Shown one piece after another: positions 9,373 to 19,787 of a stretch of 64,000 nt of DNA (the first letter of the stretch is position 1; every line of letters starts with the position of its first letter). The translations under genes and the position numbers were made by a program. The stretch lies in the NCBI GenBank assembly GCA_002269645.1, contig NIVC01001824.1, forward strand, positions 217,621 to 281,620, written 5' to 3'. The notes under the pieces were generated by a model that saw only the letters and a program-made list of their open reading frames with translations, was not told where the DNA came from and did no database searches. The DNA is from Macrostomum lignano. Its lineage: Eukaryota.

Positions 9373-9722
9373 GATCTCCATTTCAAATAAAAGCAGCCAC
9401 AGCCTCAGCTGCAGCTCACCGGGTGGTTTGCACCGGCTGTGCACTTCGCGACGCCTCAGTCGGTCGAGTTTCCGTCATCACCGTCGACGCCAGACAGGCT
9501 GACAGCGTCGCAGCGGCTGCAGAGCAGGGGCTCCGAGCGAAACTGCTGGGACCATCTGGATTGGCTTCGGGTCCGGTTGAAATCAGAAAGCTGTCTTCCG
9601 CCGGGGTGTACAGTCTGTCCTTCACCGCGGCCGAAGTTGGAAGTCACCGGTTAGTGGTCACGTGGGCCGGCTGTCACGTGACCGGGTCTCCGTTTCAAGT
9701 TCGGGTTAGATCGGATTTGTAG
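9373..9722 (+). CDS. Filamin-like gene, last coding exon
   Basis: Acceptor TTTTAG| joins in phase 1 to give DVEGSPFQI. A full repeat follows: VVCTGCALRDASVG..LLGPSG..GVYSLSFTAAEVGSHRLVVTWAGCHVTGSPFQVRV..*. Confidence 0.85.
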
Positions 9723-9894
9723 GTTTATAATGATCTGAATTGCTGGCTACATTATCTAAAAGACCAATTAGATATGTACGAGTATGGCATCTATAAGGTC
9801 GATATAAACCTATAGAATACCTTAAAGTACATATTTATATATACGGTAGCTACAACGTCATTTTATTGCCTGAAAATTACTGCTAACCTTAACC

Positions 9895-10116
9895 ATTTAA
9901 CCCTAACCAGAGACAACCCTAACTCTAACCTACTCCCCAACCCCAACCCTAACCTAAACCCCAACCCTAACCTAAGCCCCAACCCTGACCTAAACCCCAA
10001 CCCTAACCTAAACCCCAACCCTGACCTAAACCCCAACCCTAACCTAAACCCCAACCCTGACCTAAACCCCAACCCTGACCTAAACCCCAACCCTGACCTA
10101 AACCCCAACCCTGACC
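9895..10116. repeat. Telomere-like 18-bp repeat (CCCTRA-CCTAAA-CCCCAA)n
   Basis: The G-rich strand reads TTGGGG-TTTAGG-TYAGGG. Confidence 0.9.
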
Positions 10117-11449
10117 TAGTCATGCGTCGGAGCTCATGATCTAAGACCCAATGATAACTTTAGCAACCGAAAGTTTAAGAACCGAATTTTTTAAAGCTAA
10201 GAGCTTGCTAAAACTTTGCTTATACAGTTAAATATATTTTTTAAACTTTTTTCTGCCAGTTTTCAGGCTTCCATATGCCGCCGCCTTTTAATGATTCATC
10301 ATTTTCGTTTATTCCCGTTGCACTCGCAACTTTACGCAGTAAATGAATATGCGAGATTTAAGAAGTTTTCATCGATAAATAACTAGTTGCAAATAAATTC
10401 CCTATGTCTCTGCTTGCACTATAGCGTTTTCAATTTTATACTACTACACAAAGCTAAATAAGTAGTCCACATCGTTTATTTGTGGCGGAATTTAGATTTT
10501 TTTGCAGGAAATTTATTATTTAATTGGCAATTGACGCTCAGTTTATGATTATTAATAAATAAGTATAAATAAATATATTAGCTAATTCATTCTCTGTTTG
10601 CCTTGTCTAGTTCACACCCAACAACGAATTGCAATTATATATTATAAATAGATATAATTGTTTTATCAAATTTAATTTAAACAAAATAAAACACCAAATG
10701 AAATTATTACAAGACTTATGCATTGAACTGCATTGCAACAAGGATATAAATAAAGTGGCATTTTCAAAAGTAAATATGTTCAGTTGATCACATCAGAACA
10801 AAGAAATAGTTTTTTATTACAAGCAAAAAAGTCATTTCTACGAGCTACTCGTAATTTTTCGTTTGGCAAAAAATTTAACGATTTGTTCAAATTCACATTC
10901 ACAAACAATTTATCAAATGCTACAAGCCTACATGCATAGCATTGTTAATATGATAAAAGCAGAGCATTGATGCTATGGTCATTTTTACAACGAAGCTCAA
11001 CACTACTGACGGAAATTATAATTTTTGTTATAATTTTTGTAAACAAAAAACTACTGATAAATCAGGAACAAGCACAGTTTAGACAAAGTATTACTAATTA
11101 GTAGTAATTTGTTCAGACAGACAATACATAGTAATGGGACGATTCTGTTTCTATCTTGAATTAACGCCAAAATATTCGTTAATTTGTACGGCTTTTAACC
11201 TACTTGTGGTAAGTAGTATAAAGCGTAGTTATCAATCAAGAGTACTGTAAGAATTAACAATCTACAACCATTTCTTCTAAGAAAATTGTAGTTTTTATCT
11301 AATTTTTAGGAATAAGCGTTCTCTCACGCCATTTTGGATGGATTATTTTTGACAATGTGCTCGTATGTACAGTTTTTTAGCAGGATTTTGGCGCCAATTT
11401 TAAACTATCATCTTATATTATTTAGACGGTTGTCTACTTTGCACCTGCA

Positions 11450-12269
11450 CTAACGAAACTGAGCCAACTCCATGGAGCAACCGTTGCCAACCATGTAGCT
11501 GGCAGCATTGCGGATGTTGCTGACCGACCCGCTGACTGCAGGCTGCCCTTTCGACGAGCTGCCAGTCAGAAGCGACACCGGCAGCGGCTGCTGATGCTGC
11601 TGTCTTCGAGTTGGCAGCATCGGACTGGCACTGGCGTGTCGCTGGTGCAGCCGCTGAAGCTGCTGTCGCTGCCGCGGCTTCCAAGCGCAGCTTCCCGTCG
11701 ACTGCTGATGTCGCTGCCTGTCGATGGTCTCCGACTTCAGCCGGACAACGTCGCGAACAATCTGATCAATCTGCCACAGATCCTCGAGGCCAGAAGTCTT
11801 TTTATCGACATCGTTGCCGCTCGACGAAGAGAAAATCGTCGTCAAGTCGAGCGTCGACACGTCCAGATCGTCGGCGTCGCCTGGCAGCAGCGGCAGCGAC
11901 GGCGGCTGCCAGCGGCGAGCCTCCTGACTGTCGCGTGTGCCGCAGCAGCCGAGCAATCGGTCGATGTCTTCCTCACGGACCGCCCACTGCAGCTGGTGCA
12001 TGTCACTGCCGGTCTCAATGTCTGAGCCGTAGCCGCTTGAGACGGAAGGCTGCTGCGGCTGCTGCGGCTGCTTCTGGCTTTGCAGACCGTACAGCCCGAC
12101 TGGCTGGCTTGCTGGGCCGCCGCTGTTGCAGCACCTGTTGGACGCCAGTGGGTTTCCATTTGGTGAGTCTGCACTGTCTGCGAGTAACTGTCTGTTTGAA
12201 CCAGAATAACTGGGTCCTTTTGTGTACAACCGCTTGGGGTACTCGCTCAGGGAGTGCAACATGTATCTG
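11450..12269 (-). CDS. Unknown Q/A-rich protein, terminal exon
   Basis: Acceptor GTGCAG| is phase-compatible (phase 2) with the donor at 12730. Long open frame to the stop at 11450. Confidence 0.55.
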
Positions 12270-12294
12270 CTGCACGAACTCTCCATCCCTTCAG

Positions 12295-12700
12295 GATTTG
12301 CTTCCTATCCACTACCCCATCTCCCGATCCTTCAGAGTCCGCTACCCCATCTCTCGATTTTTCAGGGTCCGCTACCCCTTCTCCTGATTTTTCAGGGTCC
12401 GCTACCCCATCATCTGATCCTTAAGGGTCCGCTACCCCATCCCCCGATCCCTCAGAGTCTGCTACCCCATCATCTGATCCTTCAGGGTCCGCTACCCCAT
12501 CCCCCGATCCCTCAGAGTCTGCTACCCCATCTCCCGATTTTTCAGGGTCCGCCACCCCATCTTCCGATCCTTCAGGGTCTGCTACCCCATCTCCCGATTT
12601 TTCAGGGTCCGCTACCCCATCTCCCGATTTTTCAGGGTCCGCTACCTCGTCCCCCGATCCTTCAGGATCCGCTACTCCATCCCTGGATCTTTCAGGGAGG
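12295..12700. repeat. 30-bp intronic minisatellite (TTCAGGGTCCGCTACCCCATCTCCCGATTT)
   Basis: Tandem units. Confidence 0.95.
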
Positions 12701-12730
12701 ATCTGCTGCATGCCACGCGGCCGGTCTCAC

Positions 12731-13458
12731 CCAGTCCCAGCCGAACACCGCATCTCAGCCGCCTCCTGCGGACACTGGAATCTGACAGTCCTTGCGCTGG
12801 CGCTCTTCATCAGCCGCTGACACTGTTCCTGCTGCTGCCGCAATTGCCGCTTCGTCTGCTGCTGCTGCTGACGCGCTGGCTGCATCGGCGAGTCGAACTC
12901 CTCGGAGTTTGGACATCCGCCGAGCCTGTGACAGAACGCCCACCTTGTGTAGTCATAGTCTCCATTGGCGTAGACTCCTTCAATGTCGCCGGAGCCAGCG
13001 GCGGCTGCAGAGCACTGTCGGCGAAGAAGGTCGCTGCCGCTCTCCGCTTCCGGCCCGCTGCCAAGCTGTCGACGGTGAGTCGACGAGCAGGAAGCCGACC
13101 GACGAAACGATGTCGGCAGAAGAAGTCGAGCCAGACGTTTCCCGAGCGTCCCTGGCTGCTGCTGCTGCTGCTGTTTCTTTTGCTTCTTCTGCTCCTGCAG
13201 CATCGATTTGGTGTTGAGTTTCGGTGACGCCAACGGCGGTGGTGGCGGAATTTCGGCGTAGACGAAGCCGTCGTCCTCGCAGCCTGCCGCTGCCGTTGTC
13301 TCCACGGCTGCCGCAGCTTCCATGGCGGCGATTCGGCCGAGGAATGAAGACCGCAGCACCGCAGTGGTTGGCGGCTGCTGCTGCTGCTGCCGCTGCAACA
13401 GCGGATGCTGGAAACTGTCGCTCCAGCTGGATGAAGCCACACCGTAAGACTGTTGCAT
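12731..13458 (-). CDS. Unknown Q/A-rich protein, upstream exon
   Basis: 243-codon open frame, donor TGG|GTGAGA at 12730, poly-Q tracts. The true start may lie in a further exon. Confidence 0.55.
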
Positions 13459-13949
13459 TGCTCAGCCAATCAGCCCGTTTTGTTTAACTGTTTTTGTTTG
13501 GAATGAAAGTTGAACTGTGTGAGGCGCAAGAGTCACCTGATTCAATAGTTCCGAGACAGTTTAGCCCTATGATAAATGTCTTTGACTGACAAAATCAGAC
13601 TCATCCAGCTAACCCCAATTCAATCGTCAGGTCCTTGATAGTCAGTAGCCTGATCAAATCTCGAATAGTCACTTCAACAGCAATCCTCGCTTATACTGTA
13701 TACATATATGTGTGTACGTGTATGAATCTCCCTTGGGAATATGTTCTATTTTATGCTTTTAGCGCGAGTTCGATCACGTGATGCCTAAACGCCCCTCCCA
13801 GGACTCAAAGACGAGTCAGTCGACTTTCTGATGTCTAATCTCGTTGATTATTGTGTAGATTGAATTTAATCAGCTGCTGGTAAGCTGTGACTCAGCTTCT
13901 GTGCCGCATCGGCATCTGTTCGAGGGCGAAGGAGAAAATCAGTACCACA

Positions 13950-14565
13950 GGCTACTCAGTCATCCAGGCTACTCAATCACTCAAACTACTTAGCGACTCA
14001 AGCTACTCAGTCACTCAGGCTACTCAGTCACTCAAGCTACTCAGTCACTCAGGCTACTCAGTCACTCAAACTACTTAGCGACTCAAGCTACTCAGTCACT
14101 CAGGCTACTCAGTCACTCAAACTACTTAGCGACTCAAGCTACTCAGTCACTCAGGCTACTCAGTCACTCAAACTACTTAGCGACTCAAGCTACTCAGTCA
14201 CTCAAACTACTTAGCGACTCAAGCTACTCAGTCACTCAGGCTACTCAGTCACTCAAACTACTTAGCGACTCAAGCTACTCAGTCACTCAAACTACTTAGC
14301 GACTCAAGCTACTCAGTCACTCAGGCTACTCAGTCACTCAAACTACTTAGCGACTCAAGCTACTCAGTCACTCAGGCTACTCAGTCACTCAAACTACTTA
14401 GCGACTCAAGCTACTCAGTCACTCAAACTACTTAGCGACTCAAGCTACTCAGTCACTCAGGCTACTCAGTCACTCAAACTACTTAGCGACTCAAGCTACT
14501 CAGTCACTCAAACTACTTAGCGACTCAAGCTACTCAGTCACTCAGGCTACTTAGTCACTCAAGCT
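13950..14565. repeat. 17-bp minisatellite with three variants forming 51-bp and 34-bp higher-order units
   Basis: Variants CTACTCAGTCACTCAGG, CTACTCAGTCACTCAAA and CTACTTAGCGACTCAAG. Confidence 0.95.
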
Positions 14566-15337
14566 ATTTATATAGATCACCTTTTCTAGTAAAATTTAGA
14601 ACGGAACAGAATGATGGTAAGTGCAAAAATATTTTCTACAACTGTTTTACAGTAAACACTAAAATAATTTTATAGTGCAGCTAACAGTTAAAAACGTCAA
14701 GATACTAACTTGACAGCAGCAAACTGACTGACTGATTGACAGGTTTTTAGTTGTCAATCACTGCTAGGAAGCTTACTACATTATGCTATACTTATATTGA
14801 AAGCCCCGTGCACACCTGCGATCATACAATAGAAATCTATCATGCAACTGAAATGAACAAAGCAAGGGATTGACCTATTCAATATGAAATGTGCTGACTT
14901 AGTCACAGACAGGCTTTTTGCCAGTTTAACTACCCGCCTCAAGCTTCTGACGCAGGCATAAATAATGCAATACCGCTGACTGCATGATTTCTTGATTTGA
15001 GCTTACAAATATAATTTGTAAGCTCATTTCACAAAAAGCACTGATTATAAAACACGGTTGAATCAGTCACCAATGTTTTTTCTTTGCTGCTTTTATCCCC
15101 CTATAAATCAGTTGAGCACGACTAAGGAATAATGGCCCACACATGCATGTATGATTGCTCATATTGTTAGGCTGGAATTTTTTCTTTTCTTCAATCAAGC
15201 AATAAATCAAAAAGTCTTCAATGTCTGACAGCTTGTTGACATTTTCATATATGCACAGCTATATGCTTGCAGAATAGAGAGGAACCATGGACCTTTTGAG
15301 TATACTTGGACTGGGTCGTTTTTTCTGTACAACCAAG

Positions 15338-15946
15338 AAACAGGGGCGCCTACCAAGAGACAGGGGCGCCTACCTAGAGACAGGGGCGCCTACCAAGAGA
15401 CAGGGGCGCCTACCTAGAGACAGGGGCGCCTACCAAGAGACAGGGGCGCCTACCTAGAGACAGGGGCGCCTACCAAGAGACAGGGGCGCCTACCTAGAGA
15501 CAGGGGCGCCTACCAAGAGACAGGGGCGCCTACCTAGAGACAGGGGCGCCTACCAAGAGACAGGGGCGCCCACCAAGAGACAGGGGCGCCCACCAAGAGA
15601 CAGGGGCGCCTACCTAGAGACAGGGGCGCCTACCAAGAGACAGGGGCGCCTACCTAGAGACAGGGGCGCCTACCTAGAGACAGGGGCGCCTACCAAGAGA
15701 CAGGGGCGCCCACCAAGAGACAGGGGCGCCCACCAAGAGACAGGGGTGCCCACCAAGAGACAGGGGCGCCTTTTAAGAGACAGGGGCGCCCACCAAGAGA
15801 CAGGGGCGCCCATCTAAGAGACAGGGGCGCCTATCAAGCGACAGGGGTGCCCATCTAAGAGACAGGGGCGCCTACCAAGAGACAGGGGCGCTCATCTAAG
15901 AGACAGGGGCGCCCACCTATACACCAAGTATTGGCGCCCCTGTCTC
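15338..15946. repeat. 20-bp array (GAGACAGGGGCGCCTACCWA) capped by one inverted copy
   Basis: About 29 direct units. The inverted 14-mer GGCGCCCCTGTCTC is at 15933-15946. Confidence 0.9.
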
Positions 15947-16519
15947 AGCAATGATTTCAGTATATTAAATGATTATAGAAGCAGCACATGTCAATTGAAG
16001 CAACACTGGAGGCCTTGCTTTGTTCCCCGAACAGGAGCTGGGCCGCAGCCGTGAGTGAATCACGTGACACACAGCGTGACAAGAGATGACAGCGCGCAAT
16101 TTTTATGACTTATAGCCGCTCCACCCCGTGTGACTGATCACTTTTTGGTCCCCGTACTGTGTGGAATGGGTTGAATTTACGCAGGTAATAATGTATGTGC
16201 ACTGGATCATGCTAATGCCAGGGTTAGAGAGGATTCCTAGAGGAGAGTGCAGAGAAGTGATGACGTCAATAACACTGGGGTAGAGCTCTGAGCTCAGAAG
16301 GAGCTCGGGGGACAGGGGAGTGACAGAATGCTGCGATTTTTACTCTGTCTGATTTATTAATGATTTTTTATAGAGAAGTCTCCAACCCCCCCCCCCCTGA
16401 TCAGACTGTTAGACATGTTCGTTTTCGTGCAGAAATTAAATTAGACATTTCAAAACATTTTCTACATTTTTTCACTATTGATTTGGCCACTTCTCTCTAT
16501 AAAGTTGCTAGTAGTTCAC

Positions 16520-17280
16520 TCCCTCTCTACTTCTCTGCCTACCCTCTCTACTTCTCTGCCTACCCTCTCTACTTCTCTGCCTACCCTCTCTACTTCTCTG
16601 CCTACCCTCTCTACTTCTCTGCCTACCCTCTCTACTTCTCTGCCTACCCTCTCTACTTCTCTGCCTACCCTCTCTACTTCTCTGCCTACCCTCTCTACTT
16701 CTCTGCCTACCCTCTCTACTTCTCTGCCTACCCTCTCTACTTCTCTGCACTCTGCCCTCCCTTCTCTATTTCTCTACCTACCCTCTCTACTTCTCTGCCT
16801 ACCCTCTCTAATTCTCTGCCCTCCCTTCTCTATTTCTCTATCTCCCTTCTATACTTCTCTGCCTACCCTCTCTACTTCTCTGCCTACCCTCTCTACTTCT
16901 CTGCCTACCCTCTCTACTTCTCTGCCTACCCTCTCTACTTCTCTGCACTCTGCCCTCCCTTCTCTATTTCTCTACCTACCCTCTCTACTTCTCTGCCTAC
17001 CCTCTCTAATTCTCTGCCCTCCCTTCTCTATTTCTCTATCTCCCTTCTATACTTCTCTGCCTACCCTCTCTACTTCTCTGCCCTCCCTTCTCTACTTCGC
17101 TGCCCTCCCTTCTCTATTTCTCTACCTACCCTCTCTACTTCTCTGCCTACCCTCTCTTTTTCTCTGCCCTCCCTTCTCTATTTCTCTACCTACCCTCTCT
17201 ACTTCTCTTACTTCCCACTCTACTTCTCTGCTCTCTCCTCTCTACTTCTCACTTTTGGTTTAACCACTTCTATCTCTTCC
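16520..17280. repeat. 21-bp polypyrimidine minisatellite (CTCTCTACTTCTCTGCCTACC) with an internal block duplication
   Basis: Tandem units. Confidence 0.95.
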
Positions 17281-17589
17281 CCTTTCATTCTCTCTCAAAC
17301 TCTATCTTAAGCGGTACGTTAATTAATTTTTTAATAAAAATATTATCATTGTTGCCTCACAAGCCCTCTTCAACTCCGGATACAGTAGAATTATATGGCT
17401 TATTATTCAATTTTCAGCTAAATTCTTATTATAAAGCTTACAATTATTACTTTTACGTTCCTCTTCTCAATAAGAAGCTATCTGACAATAAAACTGCTTT
17501 TGAGTTTGTGAGTCAGTGGCTGCCGACACAATGAAACCGTCCCGGTGCCTTGGAGAGGGCGAAATTTGGAAAAAAAGACGCATCACAAA

Positions 17590-17870
17590 CTTGAATCTGC
17601 CTCCCTCAATCTGCCTCCCTGAATCTGCCTCCCTGAATCTGCCTCCCTGAATCTGCCTCCCTGAATCTGCCTCCCTGAATCTGCCTCCCTGAATCTGCCT
17701 CCCTGAATCTGCCTGCCTCAACATGCCTCCCTGAATCTGCCTCCCTGAATCTGCCTCCCTGAATCTGCCTCCCTGAATCTGCCTGCCTCAATCTGCCTCC
17801 CTGAATCTGCCTCCCTGAATCTGCCTCCCTGAATCTGCCTCCCTGAATCTGCCTCCCTCAATCTGCCTCG
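17590..17870. repeat. 14-bp minisatellite (CCCTGAATCTGCCT)
   Basis: Tandem units. Confidence 0.95.
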
Positions 17871-17965
17871 GTTCTGAATCGGTGCCTGAAAAAATGTCCT
17901 TATTACTTCTAGACATTCAACGCTCTGCAATCTGCACTTGCAACACAGTATATTATAAAGAATTA

Positions 17966-18097
17966 CTGTTGCTAAAAGTTTGGCATACAATGAAATATTG
18001 TGTAACAGATGGGTCGCGGCAGTACACACTGCAGCTTATCGACCTCCCTGAAGGATTGAACGACCTCCCTGATTGTATGCCAAACTTTTAGCAACAG
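17966..18097. mobile_element. MITE with perfect TIRs and TA flanks (Tc1/mariner-like)
   Basis: TTACTGTTGCTAAAAGTTTGGCATACAAT (17963-17991) has an exact reverse complement at 18072-18100. TA lies on both sides of the CTGTTG...CAACAG termini. Confidence 0.65.
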
Positions 18098-18100
18098 TAA

Positions 18101-19035
18101 CACATCCGGTTCCGAAACAGTTACATCCAGTTCCGAAACAGTCACATCCGGTTCCGAAACAGTCACATCCAGTTCCGAAACAGTCACATCCGGTTCCGAA
18201 ACAGTCACATCCGGTTCCGAAACAGTCACATCCGGTTCCGAAACAGTCACATCCAGTTCCGAAACAGTCACATCCGGTTCTGAGACAGGCAAATCCGGTT
18301 CCGAAAAAATCACATCCGGTTCCGAGACAGGCAAATCCGGTTCCGAAAAAATCACATCCGGTTTCGAGACAGGCAAATCCGGTTCCTAAACAGTCACATC
18401 CGGTTCTGAGACAGGCAAATCGGGTTCCGAAACAGTCACATCCGGTTCTGAAACAGGCAAATCCGGTTCCGAAACAGTCACATCCGGTTCCGAAACAGTC
18501 ACATCCGGTTCCGAAACAGTCACATCCAGTTCCGAAACAGTCACATCCTGTTCCAAAACAGTCACATCCGGTTCCGAAACAGTCACATCCGGTTCCGAGA
18601 CAGGTAAATCCGGTTTAGAAACAGTCACATCCAGTTCCGAAACAGTCCCATCCGGTTCCGAAACAGTCCCATCCAGTTCCGAAACAGTCACATCCGGTTC
18701 CGAAACAGTCACATCCAGTTCCGAAACAGTCCCATCCGGTTCCGAAACAGTCACATCCGGTTCCGAGACAGGTAAATCCGGTTCCGAAACAGTCACATCC
18801 GGTTCCGAAACAGTCACATCCAGTTCCGAAACAGTCCCATCCGGTTCCGAAACAGTCACATCCGGTTCCGAAACAGTCACATCCGGTTCCGAAACAGTCA
18901 CATCCGGTTCCGAAACAGTCACATCCAGTTCCGAAACAGTCCCATCCGGTTCCGAAACAGTCACATCCGGTTCCGAGACAGGTAAATCCGGTTCCGAAAC
19001 AGTCACATCCGGTTCCGAGACAGGCACATCCGGTT
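18101..19035. repeat. 21-bp minisatellite (CCGGTTCCGAAACAGTCACAT)
   Basis: Tandem units with variant GAGACAGGYAAAT. Confidence 0.95.
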
Positions 19036-19787
19036 CTGCAGTCTAATTAGCTTAAAAACCTTGGAACGTCAGCTTAGAAGCGGAGCGATTCCCAAGATTA
19101 ATTGGCTACTGAATGCAAGCTGCAGACTCTGCAAACTTCACCTGCAGCTTATCCTGACTAAATGGGCGCCTTCACTCCGAACAATTAGCAGAAGTTCACT
19201 TTTCAAACCACCCCCATCCCAATTTGCAGCCAAAAATATTTCCCTGCTTTTCTTAGACTCGACTTCGCTGTTTGGTGAAAACGCGTTCCAGAAATTAGCC
19301 AGCAGAAATTCTTCAACAAGCTGCACTTTGCGTGCCTCTGTTAAGGTGTTAAACTGCAGTCGTTCTGTTTCAATTCTTTTTGACACGCGCCTTTGAGGAA
19401 CAGACCACCCTTGGGGGGGAGAAGTTTTATGGGGCGCTGACTTTTTATTGTCGCCTCGCCAAGTTCTTTTGAAGTTTACCGTTCTGTGCAGTTTAATAAT
19501 AATAATAATAAATAATTTTAATAAAATAGTTAAGCGCGGCAGTCAACCCTGGCTCTTCAACCCAGCGGGTGGTTTAAAAGGCTGTTCTAATAGCTCTCTC
19601 CCTTGTTTTATATACCACAGTTCAATATAAACCATGGACTGCTAATTGGCTATATCGCCTTTGGAATGGTCGTCATTTTAGCGCCTGTATAATATAGGAG
19701 AGTCGCAATAAATTCTGACACCTTTATTATTCCCCCAGTCTGGCGTGTAAACTTCATTTGTACGAAAAACTCTGCCACATCTATCAA

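Noticed and set aside
16360-17310. 316-aa YFSAYPL and 261-aa STSLPTL ORFs
   Set aside because: Stop-free polypyrimidine repeat, open in multiple frames.
19138-19386. 82-aa protein-like minus-strand ORF (SKRIETERLQFN..)
   Set aside because: No recognisable family or convincing splice sites, so there is not enough support.
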